A DNA stretch of 64,000 nt from an uncultured delta proteobacterium (GCA_963727445.1 CAVSGI010000009.1:736001-800000); one strand, 5' to 3'; shown: positions 14,406 to 24,564, counted from the stretch's first letter. Made by a program: numbers and translations. The notes: a model not told the origin generated them from the sequence alone.

Positions 14406-15764
14406 ATGGTCCTGGCCGGCATGCGTGACGACGGCCGAGGGGAACAGGATGCTGCTTCCGACATTCCCGTTCGCGTTCACGATGACAAGGACGCGCGCCT
14501 GCGCGCGGTGATGAACCTCGGGGAGCTCGCCACGCAGCGCCGTCCGCTGCCCCGGATCCTCGGGGCGATGTGTCGCGAGGCCAGCACCCTGCTCCAGAGC
14601 GACGTCGTGAGCGTCTACCTGCGCGAGGGCGACCCGGACAGCGGCGTGCCCGAAGAGCTGGTGATGCGGGGCAACGTCGGCCTGGTCGGTACGGTCGTCG
14701 ATCAGGTGCGGCTGCCCATGGGTCGCGGCATCGCAGGGCTGGCGGCCGAGTCCGGTCGCGTGGTCTCGCTGGGGTCGGCTTCGCAGTCGAAGCACTGGAC
14801 GCCCATCCCGGGCATCGGCGAAGAGCGCTTTGGGGCCTATTGCGCGATCCCGCTGCGCGCCGCCGGGCGCATCATCGGTGTCCTGGTCCTGCAGCGCCGA
14901 CCTGCGTTCCGCGACGAGGAGATCCTGTTGGCCACCGCGGCCTCGAGCGCGTTCATCGCGGCGATCGAGCGCGCGACCGGGCGCTATCGCCAGCTCCGGC
15001 GACCGCCGCCCCGCAACCGATCGGTTCGCCTCAACGGGATGCCCGTGGTCTGGGGGACGGCCCTCGGTGTGGCACAGGCCCTGCCGAGCTTCGACGCGAT
15101 CATCGGCGCCCCCGAAGAGCCGATGAGCCCGCAGGGCCTCGGCGAAGGGTGGTCCGATCTCTTGAAGGAGCTCGCCCGCGGTCGTCGCAAGCGCGCGCCA
15201 CAGACCTCGGACCCCGAGCTCGACAGCATCCTCGCCGACGGACGCCTCGCCCACTCTCTGGTCTCGGCGTGCGCGAGCATGGGCGTCGCCAAAGGGGCGC
15301 GCCACGTGGCGGGCCAATACGCGCTCACGCCGGAGCGCCTGCGCCGCGCGGACGAAGAGACCGCGAACTACCTCTCGCGCCGCGCCCGCGAGGTCTCGGA
15401 CCTCTGTCTCCTCTTCGCGGCGACGCTCACGCCCCGTGCGAAGATCCTCTCCGCGCGCGGCAGCGTCCTGCTCGTGCCGGAGATGCCGAGCCGCGTCGTC
15501 ACTCTGATGGCGCTCTGCCGTGGTGTGGGCGCGGTGCTGATCGGCGGCCCGGTGGAGCGAAACGATCCGGCCATCGGTCTGCTCGCCGCCGCCGACGTGC
15601 CCGTGGTGGCCGAGCTCGTTCAGCTCTTTTCGTGGATCGAGGCGGGCGACAAGGTGTTGGTCGACGGAACGACCGGCCGCGTACGCGTCCATCCCACGCC
15701 CCTCGAGGTGATCCGCGCCCGCCGCGGCCGCGGCCGCACCAACCCGGGCACGCGCGTGCCCTGA
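14406..15764 (+). CDS. GAF domain plus degenerate PTS enzyme I N-terminal/swivel (His) domain; truncated PtsP-like protein
   Basis: GAF with VRLPMGRGIAGLAAE...GEERFGAYCAIPL...IGVLVLQRR; LNGMPVVWGTALGVA; C-terminal VPVVAE...GDKVLVDGTTGRVRVHP; no PEP-binding barrel. Confidence 0.8.
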   Translation: MVLAGMRDDGRGEQDAASDIPVRVHDDKDARLRAVMNLGELATQRRPLPRILGAMCREASTLLQSDVVSVYLREGDPDSGVPEELVMRGNVGLVGTVVDQVRLPMGRGIAGLAAESGRVVSLGSASQSKHWTPIPGIGEERFGAYCAIPLRAAGRIIGVLVLQRRPAFRDEEILLATAASSAFIAAIERATGRYRQLRRPPPRNRSVRLNGMPVVWGTALGVAQALPSFDAIIGAPEEPMSPQGLGEGWSDLLKELARGRRKRAPQTSDPELDSILADGRLAHSLVSACASMGVAKGARHVAGQYALTPERLRRADEETANYLSRRAREVSDLCLLFAATLTPRAKILSARGSVLLVPEMPSRVVTLMALCRGVGAVLIGGPVERNDPAIGLLAAADVPVVAELVQLFSWIEAGDKVLVDGTTGRVRVHPTPLEVIRARRGRGRTNPGTRVP

Positions 15765-15765
15765 G

Positions 15766-16761
15766 TCACGGGTAGGGAAGGCGAAAGCGATCGATCTCGT
15801 GGACGCCGAGCTGGCCGCTCGCGAAGCCGCGCACGATCACGTCCACACCCGTCGGCCCCGGCTCGAGGCGCAGGTAGTGGAAGGGGCGCGGGGAGGGGCC
15901 GTCGAAGAGGTCCGTGTGTCGGGCTTCGTCGCCTTCGAGCAGGGTGACGCGCGGGCCACCGCCGCCGCCGCTGACGAGGAAGGTCTTGTCGTCCTTCTCG
16001 AAGTGCTCGTAGGCGTGGGCATGACCGCTCAGGAAGGCCAGGGTCTTGTCGGATGCGAGGAAGGGCCCGACGAAGGCTTCTTCGACGTGTGTCTCGTCCG
16101 AGGTGACCGTGCTGTTGGTGAAAGGCGGATGGTGGGTGATGACGAAGACGCCGCGCACTGACGGGTCGCGGTCGAGGGCGTCGAGCTGCTCCTCGAGAAA
16201 GCGCACCTGCACTTGCCAGCGATCGCCCAGCACGTCCTGATTCGATTCGAGCTGCACGAAAGCGAGGTCGCCGACCCGGGTGACGCCCCAGGGCGCCTCT
16301 TTCAGGCGCGCGAAGCGGGCGCGCAGCTGCTTTTCGCAGATGGAGTCGCGTCCCTGCCAGTCGTGGTTGCCGGGAGCGAGGAGGAAGCCGGCGTGGGTCT
16401 CGCGAAGGGGTGCGAGGAGGCGGTCCGCGCGCGCCCAATCGCGGCAGCTCTCCCCGTCGAAGACGAGATCGCCGAGGAGGATCACGAAGCGGGGATCTTC
16501 GTCGGCCATCGCGCGGAGCAGCTTGTCGGGCGCGTCGCCGCTGTCCTCGCGACCGAGAAAGACGCGCTCGACGAAGCTCGTCGGCTGGATGTCGCCCACC
16601 ACCAGGATGGGCCCGCTGTCGCTCGGCGCTTCGGAATAGGCAGGGGCGTCGCTGAGCTCGGTGCAGACGTTGCCCCAGGCGATCCAGGTCCCCGCACCCA
16701 CCACCCCCAGGGCGAGGGCCAGGACGAGGGCGCGCCGCACGCGTGTCCTGCGCGAGGTCAC
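15766..16761 (-). CDS. Exported/membrane-anchored calcineurin-like metallophosphoesterase
   Basis: Motifs GDIQ, GDLV, PGNHD, THHPP, SGHAH; N-terminal hydrophobic segment; GTG start overlaps upstream stop (GTGA). Confidence 0.88.
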   Translation of the reverse strand: MTSRRTRVRRALVLALALGVVGAGTWIAWGNVCTELSDAPAYSEAPSDSGPILVVGDIQPTSFVERVFLGREDSGDAPDKLLRAMADEDPRFVILLGDLVFDGESCRDWARADRLLAPLRETHAGFLLAPGNHDWQGRDSICEKQLRARFARLKEAPWGVTRVGDLAFVQLESNQDVLGDRWQVQVRFLEEQLDALDRDPSVRGVFVITHHPPFTNSTVTSDETHVEEAFVGPFLASDKTLAFLSGHAHAYEHFEKDDKTFLVSGGGGGPRVTLLEGDEARHTDLFDGPSPRPFHYLRLEPGPTGVDVIVRGFASGQLGVHEIDRFRLPYP

Positions 16762-17408
16762 TCGCTCTCGCCGAGCCCGAAGCCAGGCCAGTCGAGGGTT
16801 CCGACCAGCGCGAGGGTCAACACCACGATGTCGTTGCCGGTGTCCACCGTGACCCGTCCCTCGAGGCCGAGCTGCCGGCCTTCGTCGCTCCGGTAGAGGT
16901 AGCCGGTCACACCGAAGACGTAGCCGAAGTCCCAGCGCGACGTATGCGCTTCGGCCCCGCCGGTGCGCGAGTCGAGGCCGATGTTCACCACGCCGCTGCC
17001 GCCGCGCAGGCGAAAGCGCCAGAGGTCGACCAAGAGGCCGAAGGTCATGAAGACCATCTCCATGCGGTTGTCGACGCGCGCCTCGTCTCCCGAGGGCAGC
17101 CGCACGCGCTGGGTCGAGCCGCCGAGGCCCGCGTAGCCGACGTCGATGGCCGGGGTCACGAAGAAGACGGTGCGGATGCCCGCCGTGAACGCCGCCATGA
17201 CGCCGAGGGGCGCGCCCGACTCCGTCGACAAGACCTGGGGGCCGTCCTGGGCGGTCGTCCCGGCCATGCCCATCGAGACCTCGAGGACCAGCGCGTGCGG
17301 CGCGAGGCCGCCGCGGAGCGTCTCGGCCAGGCTCTCGTCGTCGGCGCGCGCGGGGCCGGCCCACGCGAGGAGCGACAGAAACGAAAGAGTGCCCGCCAGC
17401 CCCTTCAC
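16758..17408 (-). CDS. Secreted protein, probable small outer-membrane beta-barrel
   Basis: Signal peptide ending ARA-DD; alternating hydrophobic beta-strand pattern (WDFGYVFGVTGYLY, LGLEGRVTV, LTLALVGTLDW); GTGA coupling at both ends. Confidence 0.65.
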   Translation of the reverse strand: MKGLAGTLSFLSLLAWAGPARADDESLAETLRGGLAPHALVLEVSMGMAGTTAQDGPQVLSTESGAPLGVMAAFTAGIRTVFFVTPAIDVGYAGLGGSTQRVRLPSGDEARVDNRMEMVFMTFGLLVDLWRFRLRGGSGVVNIGLDSRTGGAEAHTSRWDFGYVFGVTGYLYRSDEGRQLGLEGRVTVDTGNDIVVLTLALVGTLDWPGFGLGESE

Positions 17409-18685
17409 TCGAGCGCTCCGTGGGTCATCTGGTAGCGGTGGAAGACGAGGTGCGGACGGTTGGACAGGATGCCGCTGGGATCGGAGTCGGTGAGGAGCAA
17501 GTCGACGAACTCCTGGCCGTCCACGGTCCAGAAGATGGTCTCGATGCCGGCGGCCTTCGCGCGTTCGACCTCGTCCGGCATGGGGCCGAGGGTGTAACGT
17601 GGGCCCCAGATCTCGCAGCCCGCGGCGATGGTCTCGTCGAGGCCCAGCTCCACCAGGCAGGGGGCGTCGGGGCGTTCCTGGGCGAGGAGCGCGTCGTAGA
17701 CCTCCTGGCTCGGGCAGCCGATGTGCACTTTCAGGTCGCGGCCCATCTCGGCGGCGCGTGCATGGATGCGGTCCGTGATCTCGAGGAGCACGGGCACGTG
17801 GTCGGCCTCCTTCACGTCGAGCCAGACCGCGGACAGGTGCGTCTCTTCGAGGACGACGGTGAGCGCTTCTTCGAGGGTGGGGATCGCTTCGCCGAAACGC
17901 AGGCGGCAGTTGGCGTCGAGGTGGGCGAGGGTGAGGTCCGCGATGAAGCCCACGCAGTAGCGCCCCATGGAGAGGCGCGCGCTCAGCTTGTCGTCGTGAA
18001 AGACCACGGGGACGCTGTCGGCCGTGAAGCGCACGTCCATCTCGATGAGCGTCGCCGCGAAGCGCTCCGCGAAGCGGAAGGATTCGATCGAGTTCTCCGA
18101 GGGCCCACATTCGTCCGAGGTGCGACAGGAGCCGCGGTGTCCCGCGATGATGAAGTCGCCCATCGGAACGAGGGGCGCGCGGAAGCGCGCCGACGCCGGA
18201 TCTCCGGGCGGGTCGTCGCCGCTGCCGAGGACGCCTTCGAGCCGCGCGCCGTCGTGAAGGGCAGGATCGCTCGCGGTCACGTCGCCCGCGCAGAGCGCCG
18301 TCGCGAGGGAGGCGGGCTGAACCTCCAGTCGAATGAGACCGGTCTTCGCCGATATGGCGACCCTCTGCTCGCCCTCGAGGACCACCCGAGACCCGCCGTC
18401 CAGGCAGCCTGCATCGAGCAGGGCGTAGCGCGCGTCCTGATCACCGAAGAGCGACACTGAGGTCGCGGTGGAAAAGACGCTCACGTAGGGGCCGAAGTCG
18501 CGCAGCGCGCCGTCCGTCTCGAAGATCCCGCGGAGCGCGACCAGGCTCGCCTCCGGAACCGGATCGGCCGCCCCGAGGAGCCCGCCATCGGCGAAGTGCG
18601 GATGGTGCACCGAGGCGCGGCCGTCGCAGCCGATGGCGACCGCGAGCAGGAGGAGCGTGGCCCAGCGCGCGCGCTCAGAACGCAT
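17405..18685 (-). CDS. Lipoprotein glycerophosphodiester phosphodiesterase (GDPD family) with extra N-terminal domain
   Basis: Lipobox AIGC; IAGHRG, ENSIESF, IEMDVRFTADSVPVVFHD, IPTLEEAL, LDVK, FWTVD, GILSNRP. Confidence 0.9.
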   Translation of the reverse strand: MRSERARWATLLLLAVAIGCDGRASVHHPHFADGGLLGAADPVPEASLVALRGIFETDGALRDFGPYVSVFSTATSVSLFGDQDARYALLDAGCLDGGSRVVLEGEQRVAISAKTGLIRLEVQPASLATALCAGDVTASDPALHDGARLEGVLGSGDDPPGDPASARFRAPLVPMGDFIIAGHRGSCRTSDECGPSENSIESFRFAERFAATLIEMDVRFTADSVPVVFHDDKLSARLSMGRYCVGFIADLTLAHLDANCRLRFGEAIPTLEEALTVVLEETHLSAVWLDVKEADHVPVLLEITDRIHARAAEMGRDLKVHIGCPSQEVYDALLAQERPDAPCLVELGLDETIAAGCEIWGPRYTLGPMPDEVERAKAAGIETIFWTVDGQEFVDLLLTDSDPSGILSNRPHLVFHRYQMTHGALE

Positions 18686-19409
18686 AGGCCACCTCGATGC
18701 GGGGGAAGAAGAGGCGGCCCGTCTCGTCGGAGAAGGCGGGCCAGAGCACGGCGTAGCCCTCGCGCGACACGAGGCCCACGCGATAGATCAACAGGTGCCC
18801 GTTCCTCAGGGAGTTCTCGACGGTGATCATGGCGTGGGCACCGACGTATTGGACCGGGTCGGTCTGGCCCACCACCACGCCGCCGATACTCGCCCAGCGG
18901 CCGAAGAGGATGTCGGCGCCCACCTCGAGGGTGAGGTGCACGCGCTCGAAGTGGACGCCCGCGCGCACGATCGGCTGGTTCGAGACGGACCAGGTCAGCG
19001 TGTCGAAGCCGAAGCCGCCGAGCCATCCGAGGAACGGCACCGCGAGGTAGCCGATCATGAAGCTGAAGCGCCCGGCGTCGAAGGAGAGCGCAGGGCCGAA
19101 GGCCAGGGTGTTGGCGACGATCTGGGTGCGCAGCTCGGCGATGAGCGACAGGCCGTGGGCGAAGCCCACCCGGCTGTCGACTGTCATGGTGGGGATGCGG
19201 CGTGGCCCGCCCTCGACGATGCGGCTCGGCGCGATGTCGATCGACAGGCCCAGCCCGAGGCGAAAGGCGCCGGCGCCGGGGCCGTCGGGGTGGGTGAGGA
19301 GAGAGGGCGCTCGGGTGGGCTCCGCGGCGTCGTCGGCGCGCACGGGCGTCGCGCTCGACAGGGTCGCGAGCACGGCACAGACGGCAGTTGCGCGGAGGGC
19401 GGCCTTCAT
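18675..19409 (-). CDS. Secreted protein, probable outer-membrane beta-barrel
   Basis: Signal peptide ending VRA-DD; amphipathic strands; C-terminal IEVAYAF resembles a BAM beta-signal; overlaps GDPD start by 11 nt. Confidence 0.7.
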   Translation of the reverse strand: MKAALRATAVCAVLATLSSATPVRADDAAEPTRAPSLLTHPDGPGAGAFRLGLGLSIDIAPSRIVEGGPRRIPTMTVDSRVGFAHGLSLIAELRTQIVANTLAFGPALSFDAGRFSFMIGYLAVPFLGWLGGFGFDTLTWSVSNQPIVRAGVHFERVHLTLEVGADILFGRWASIGGVVVGQTDPVQYVGAHAMITVENSLRNGHLLIYRVGLVSREGYAVLWPAFSDETGRLFFPRIEVAYAF

Positions 19410-19431
19410 GGCGCTCGAGGACCCGCCTTAA

Positions 19432-19468
19432 CGACGAAGGGGACCGGCCAGAGCCGATCCCCTCGTCG
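19432..19468 (-). terminator. Hairpin downstream of the Met-rich lipoprotein gene (possible terminator)
   Basis: CGACGAAGGGGACCGGC-CAGA-GCCGATCCCCTCGTCG imperfect stem; no strong U-tract. Confidence 0.35.
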
Positions 19469-19487
19469 AATCAGGCGAGCATTCGGC

Positions 19488-20429
19488 TCACATGGCGGGT
19501 GCGACGTCGCCCTTCACGGCGGGGATGCCCTCGAAGGTCAAGCCCACCGAGACGGCGGTGCAATTGCCCAAGTCGTCCGGCTCGAGGTCGGCTTGGGCTT
19601 CGAGCACCGAGGTGGCCAGCGTCTCGGGGATGGCCGTCGGGTCGATGGCGACGATGGTCATCACGGTCTCGTCGACGTTGAGCGCGCCGCCGATGATGCC
19701 GGAGGTGACGTTGTCGCCCGAGAGGGTCATCCGCACCTGCGCGTTGCGGATGTTGAGGCTCAGGACGGTGTCCATGATCGGGATGTTCAGGGAGATGTCG
19801 ACCGGCCCCGCCTTCATGCGGCCGTTGACGATCTCGCCCTGGACCGACACGAGCGGCATGCCGCCCATGAGGGACGCCGGGTCGATGAGGATGGTCTGGC
19901 CGGGGTCGATGATTCCGTCGCCGTCCGCGTCGGCCGGCATGCCCATGTCGGGCATCTGGCCGAGGTAGAGGTTGAGCGTGACGCAGCCGTCGTTCATCGA
20001 GTCATCGACGTTCTGGAGCTCGAAGAGGATGAGCAGCTTGCCCATCAGGATGTTGTCGGCGATGGTCCCCGTGACGTCGAGGGAGCTACCGACGGCCGAG
20101 AGGATCGGGCCGAGCTGGTTGTCGACGCCCGGCTCGTTGTCGGGCGGGGGCGAGGTGAAGTCCTGGTGGAGGCAGCCGGCGGGGTCCATCGCGTCGCTGA
20201 CCTTGTCGTCGAGGTTGAATCCCGGGACGATGTTCGGATCGCCCGTCGGGTCGGCCTGACCGACGTCGAGGACGCTCGCGACGTAGAACATCGTGTCCCC
20301 GGTCATGCACATGTCGCTGCTACCGGTGTCTCCGCCGCCGCCGTCACCCGTGGTGCCGCCGTCGTCGCCGCACGCGCCGAGCAAGGTGCCGGCCACGAGC
20401 AGCATGAAAGCTACTTTCAATCCATTCAT
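19488..20429 (-). CDS. Met/Asp-rich lipoprotein of unknown function
   Basis: MNGLKVAFMLLVAGTLLGAC-GDDGG lipobox; GFNLDD...GC...GVDNQLG pattern; coding-like codon usage. Confidence 0.8.
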   Translation of the reverse strand: MNGLKVAFMLLVAGTLLGACGDDGGTTGDGGGGDTGSSDMCMTGDTMFYVASVLDVGQADPTGDPNIVPGFNLDDKVSDAMDPAGCLHQDFTSPPPDNEPGVDNQLGPILSAVGSSLDVTGTIADNILMGKLLILFELQNVDDSMNDGCVTLNLYLGQMPDMGMPADADGDGIIDPGQTILIDPASLMGGMPLVSVQGEIVNGRMKAGPVDISLNIPIMDTVLSLNIRNAQVRMTLSGDNVTSGIIGGALNVDETVMTIVAIDPTAIPETLATSVLEAQADLEPDDLGNCTAVSVGLTFEGIPAVKGDVAPAM

Positions 20430-20562
20430 TACAACGAGCCTCCTGCCTCGAGCTCCGGGGGGAGCTCGGTGCGGTTTTCTATCACGACCCCCAATCAGGG
20501 CCAAGCCACCTGGCGGAATGTAGCACGTGGCCGAATTTCGGCCCGAATCACCGTCTTTTGAC

Positions 20563-22595
20563 TCAGCGCGTCAAGGTCACCTCGGCGCTCACCGAGTTGC
20601 CGCCCGCATCCCACGCCCGCACCGCGACGAGGTGGCTGCCCGGATCCACGCTGCTCAGATCGAGGTCGAAGCGCTCGTCGCGCGTGTCGAGGAGATCGTC
20701 CACGGGGAAGAAGGGCCGGAACTCGTGACCGTCCACCGCGAACTCGAGCTTGGCGATGGGCCCCATGCCGTCGACCACGCGACCCACCACGTGCGCCCCG
20801 TTCGCTCGGATGCTCTCCACCCGAGGCGGGTGGTTGTCGATCAACAGCGGCTCGCTCCGCTGCCGCGTTCGCTGCACCAGGGACGCCGGGTTCGCCAGCT
20901 CGTCCGAGGCCTGGACCTCGACCACGTACCACCCGTCCGGCAATGCGCTGGTGTCCCATTCGTACTCGTCGCTCGTGAGCTCCTCGCCGGGACGCAGGAT
21001 CTCGCGCCACTGCCGCTGTGACTCGTTGCGGAAGCGCAGGTGGTAGAGCATCTCGTCGTCGTCGGGGTTGTCCACCTTCCAGGTGAGCTTGATCTTCGTG
21101 CTGGGCTCGGGCGGATCGTCCGCGCTCCGGTGACTGTCGCCGTTCTTGCTCGCCGCCTTCTTCGCGCGCTTGATCCCCACGTCGGAGATCCGTGCGCGCT
21201 GGTTCTGCGGCAGGTAGTTCGCGACCACCGCGAGGATCCGCGCGTCCGGGTCACGCGGGAAGCGCGCGCGCACCTGTAAGAAGCGCGCCCCCGCGCTCCT
21301 GATCGGACCCGGGTTGGTCATCGGCGCCGACCATTCGCTCCAGGTCTCGTCGGGCTCTTCCGAGTTCCCGCTCCGCGTCTGGAACTGCAGCGCCCCCGAC
21401 CCCCGCCAGGTCAGCTGCCCATATCGGGCCGAAAAGCTCGCGTCGAGCACCTTGCTGGTCCAGGTGGCGCTGTGAGGCTCGCCCTGCACCACTCGGTAGA
21501 TCGCGGCGCCGTCGCCAGTCACGAAGAGCGGGTCGTCCCCCGTCATGTCGAGGGCGAGCACCTGCCGCTCGTCGACGTCGATCCACACGGCGGAGTCGTC
21601 GTCCGGGCTCACCCGATCGATGCGGCCCTTCTGGCCCAGGCCCGCGTAGATGGTGCCGTCGTCGGTGATCTGGACCGAAGTGAAGTGGCCGTCGTCGTCG
21701 GCGAGGATGCGCTCGGTGCGCCCGTCGCTCCCCACGCGATAGAGCCGTCCCTTGCCGGGCCGCGGCCGCCCCGCGCTGCTGCTGCGTCGTCTTCGTCTTG
21801 GTGCTGCGTGCCGCTCGGCGGGTTCGGGAACTCGTTGGCGGCCACCGCGAGCACTCCGCCCTGCACGGCGATCGCGGTGACCTCGTTGCCCGGGAAGTCG
21901 TAGACCACTTCGGCGCGCCCCGGCCCGCGCAGGTGCACCACGAGCGCCTCGTCGCTGGTGCCGGCGTAGAGCGTGCCGTCGTCGGCGAGGGCCAGGGTCA
22001 TCACGTGCCCGGCCTCGGAGTCCCAGTAGACCTGCGCGTTGCCCGTGCGATCGATGGCGAAGACCTTCCCCTCTGGGCCGGTCGCCGCGAAGAGCGTGCC
22101 GTCGTGATAGACGAGCTCCCACACGTGCTCGACGCCGTCCGGTCGCGTGAGCTCCTGCACCTGCCCCTGCGCGTCGATCTTGTAGATCCGGCCCTCGGGC
22201 AGCGTGCCGGCGTAGAGGTCGCCGCCGGCGAAGACCAGGGAGGTGACGGCGAGCTGTCCGGTCTCGGCGAACTCGCTCACGGCGTCGCCGCGGAGCTGGA
22301 AGATCTTGCCGTCGTTGCCGGTGCCGATGAAGACCGCGCCGTTGCCCCGCGCGAAGCACCAGGCGGACGCGGCGTCGTCGAGGCCGATGCGGCGCGTGGA
22401 GACGCCGAGGGTGACGGATCCGTCGGAGAGGACCGCGGTCCCGTCGAGCTCGCCCGCGGCGAGGGCGTCCGAAGAGTCGAGGACGAACTGCCGGGTGGAG
22501 ACGGCGTCGGCCGGGGGCGCGAGGATCGCGACGCCGAGGGAGAGCAGGGCGGCGGACCCCGCCAGCATCGAAGCGCGTCTCGGGATGTCGTTCAT
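20563..22595 (-). CDS. Secreted beta-propeller protein with C-terminal FnIII/Ig-like domains; frameshift near 21780-21810
   Basis: Signal peptide; repeated LYAGT/GKIF blade motifs in track ORF 21609..22595 continue in 20563..22359 (GKGRLYRVG...WDTSALPDGWYVVEVQASD...AVRAWDAGGN). Confidence 0.8.
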
Positions 22596-22599
22596 TTCT

Positions 22600-24510
22600 C
22601 TATCGTCCTCGGGGCGTCTCTCGGACCCGAAGGGTCAGGGTGGCGGAGCCGTGCAGCACGCTCCCGATGTCGTGGATCTGCCGGTCGTAGGTCACGAAGG
22701 GCCGGCTGTTCTCGGTGTCGTTGACCATGGAGAGGTTGTCGAGCGCCGAGGGCGGCAGGTCGTTCACTACATGGCCGGAGAAGGTCATGCCGCGGGAGGG
22801 CATCTTCAAGCTCACCACCAGATCGGTGGAGGGGAGGCGGTTTTCGACGATGCGCACGAGGTCGTCGATGCTCCGGGGCTGGGGCTGCTCCAGATCGACG
22901 CGGCTGCCCGAGGTGATCTTGATCTGCACCGAGTCACCGGCGGCACGCATGGGCACCTCCACCGGGATGATGCGCGTGCGATCGGGACGCCCGCGGCGGC
23001 GCAGCCGGACGTGGACGTCGACGGTGCTCCCCGGGTCCACCTCGGCGCTGGTGATGGCCGCGTCGACGATCTCGTCGACATCGCGCTCGAAGCGAACGGC
23101 GAGCTCCACGTCGACGCGGCGCACCCGCGTCTCCTCGAAGGGGTTGCCGTAGGCGACCTCCATCAGGTCGAAGAGACGCAGCCGGCTGAGGGTTCCGGGA
23201 TCGTTGGGACCGGCGGACATGTAGCCCACGTCCTCGACCTCGATGGGCGACCGGCCCTCCATCTCGACGGTGGAGGTCGCCGTGTACGTGACGTCGGTCT
23301 GGTCGCTCGCCGTGGTCTGAACGGCGTTGGCGATGGCCGAGAAGACGAGGATGGGCGACAGGATGCGGTGCGCCGCGACCTCGACGTCCCACTCGGTCTT
23401 CGGCGCCGCGGGCACGCCGGTGATCCGGATGTGAACCGGGATGGTCTCGGCCTGATGCGCGTTGTCGATGACGATCGCCGGCTGTCGGTCCTGGATCAGG
23501 GTGCCCAGTGGATCCTGGCCCTCGGCGATCTTGAAGGAGCGCGACTCGCTCGCGAGGATGTGAAGGACGCGCGCCGTGCCCGTGGGAAGGCCAACCTCGC
23601 CGGCGTTCATCATCGGGTGACCGAAGGCGACGGTGCGCGTTCGACCGACGTGGGTGATGGTCCCGATCGGCGTCGCCGACATGTCGCCGCGGATCAACTG
23701 CACCGCGATCGCGCCTCCGTTCACGAAGTGCGGCGCGGCGCTCCGGCTCTGGGCCGCGGCGCTCCCGCCCGCCTGAAGCGCGACCAGTCCGAAGGGCTCG
23801 AGGCGCTCGGCGAGGAGGTTCGCCACCGCGTCCGTCATGCCGCCGAGCATCACCGGCGTCGCGGCGGGGATCATCCCGCGCGGTCCGGGCGCTGGCGTGC
23901 GGTGTACGCGCGCCGCGTGATCCTCGAGCGGCGAGAACGCGGTGCGGGGGGCGTCACCGACATAGGGCGCGAGCCCCGCGAGGCGGGCGCGCGACGGGCG
24001 GAGGTGCGCGGCCTGGGGTCGCCGGCGGCGGGGAAGGGGCGAGAGCTGATCGGCGCCGGGAAAGGCGTCGGGCCGCACGGGTCGATCCCTTTCGGCCAAC
24101 ATGGAGGCGATGGGTGTGACGCCGGCGACGGGGTCGAGGCCGAAGGGCCAACCGTAGGCGTAGGCGCCAGCGAGGCGACCGTCGAGATAGATGGGCGAGC
24201 CGCTCATCCCCGCCACCGTGCGCGCGTGCTCGAGGATCGGATGCTCGGTCCGCACCAGGATCAGATCCATGTCCGGGCGGAAGTTGTGCAGGACGTCGAT
24301 GACCTCGACCTCGAAGCGCTCCGGCTGCGTCCCCTGAAAGACGGTCAACCCGTAGCCGCGCATCCCGCGCGTGATCTCCGAGACGTCGATGGTGGTGCGC
24401 CCGCGCGACTGCCCGACGGCCGCGGCCGCGACCAGGGTCAGCCACCCGACGAGGAGCAGGACGAAGGGGCTGGGGGACGAGCCGCGGGTTCTACGATGCG
24501 CTCTACGCAA
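22600..24510 (-). CDS. SpoIVB-like peptidase S55 domain protein, secreted
   Basis: GMRGYGLTVFQGTQPERFEVEVIDVL, AGMSGSPIYLDGRLAGAYAYGW (catalytic Ser motif), AFGHPM; 4-nt gap to the propeller gene. Confidence 0.88.
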   Translation of the reverse strand: MRRAHRRTRGSSPSPFVLLLVGWLTLVAAAAVGQSRGRTTIDVSEITRGMRGYGLTVFQGTQPERFEVEVIDVLHNFRPDMDLILVRTEHPILEHARTVAGMSGSPIYLDGRLAGAYAYGWPFGLDPVAGVTPIASMLAERDRPVRPDAFPGADQLSPLPRRRRPQAAHLRPSRARLAGLAPYVGDAPRTAFSPLEDHAARVHRTPAPGPRGMIPAATPVMLGGMTDAVANLLAERLEPFGLVALQAGGSAAAQSRSAAPHFVNGGAIAVQLIRGDMSATPIGTITHVGRTRTVAFGHPMMNAGEVGLPTGTARVLHILASESRSFKIAEGQDPLGTLIQDRQPAIVIDNAHQAETIPVHIRITGVPAAPKTEWDVEVAAHRILSPILVFSAIANAVQTTASDQTDVTYTATSTVEMEGRSPIEVEDVGYMSAGPNDPGTLSRLRLFDLMEVAYGNPFEETRVRRVDVELAVRFERDVDEIVDAAITSAEVDPGSTVDVHVRLRRRGRPDRTRIIPVEVPMRAAGDSVQIKITSGSRVDLEQPQPRSIDDLVRIVENRLPSTDLVVSLKMPSRGMTFSGHVVNDLPPSALDNLSMVNDTENSRPFVTYDRQIHDIGSVLHGSATLTLRVRETPRGR

Positions 24511-24564
24511 GGCAGGACGAGACTAGCAGGTTGGCGCGCCCCGCTGCGTAGTCGAATCTCGCGG

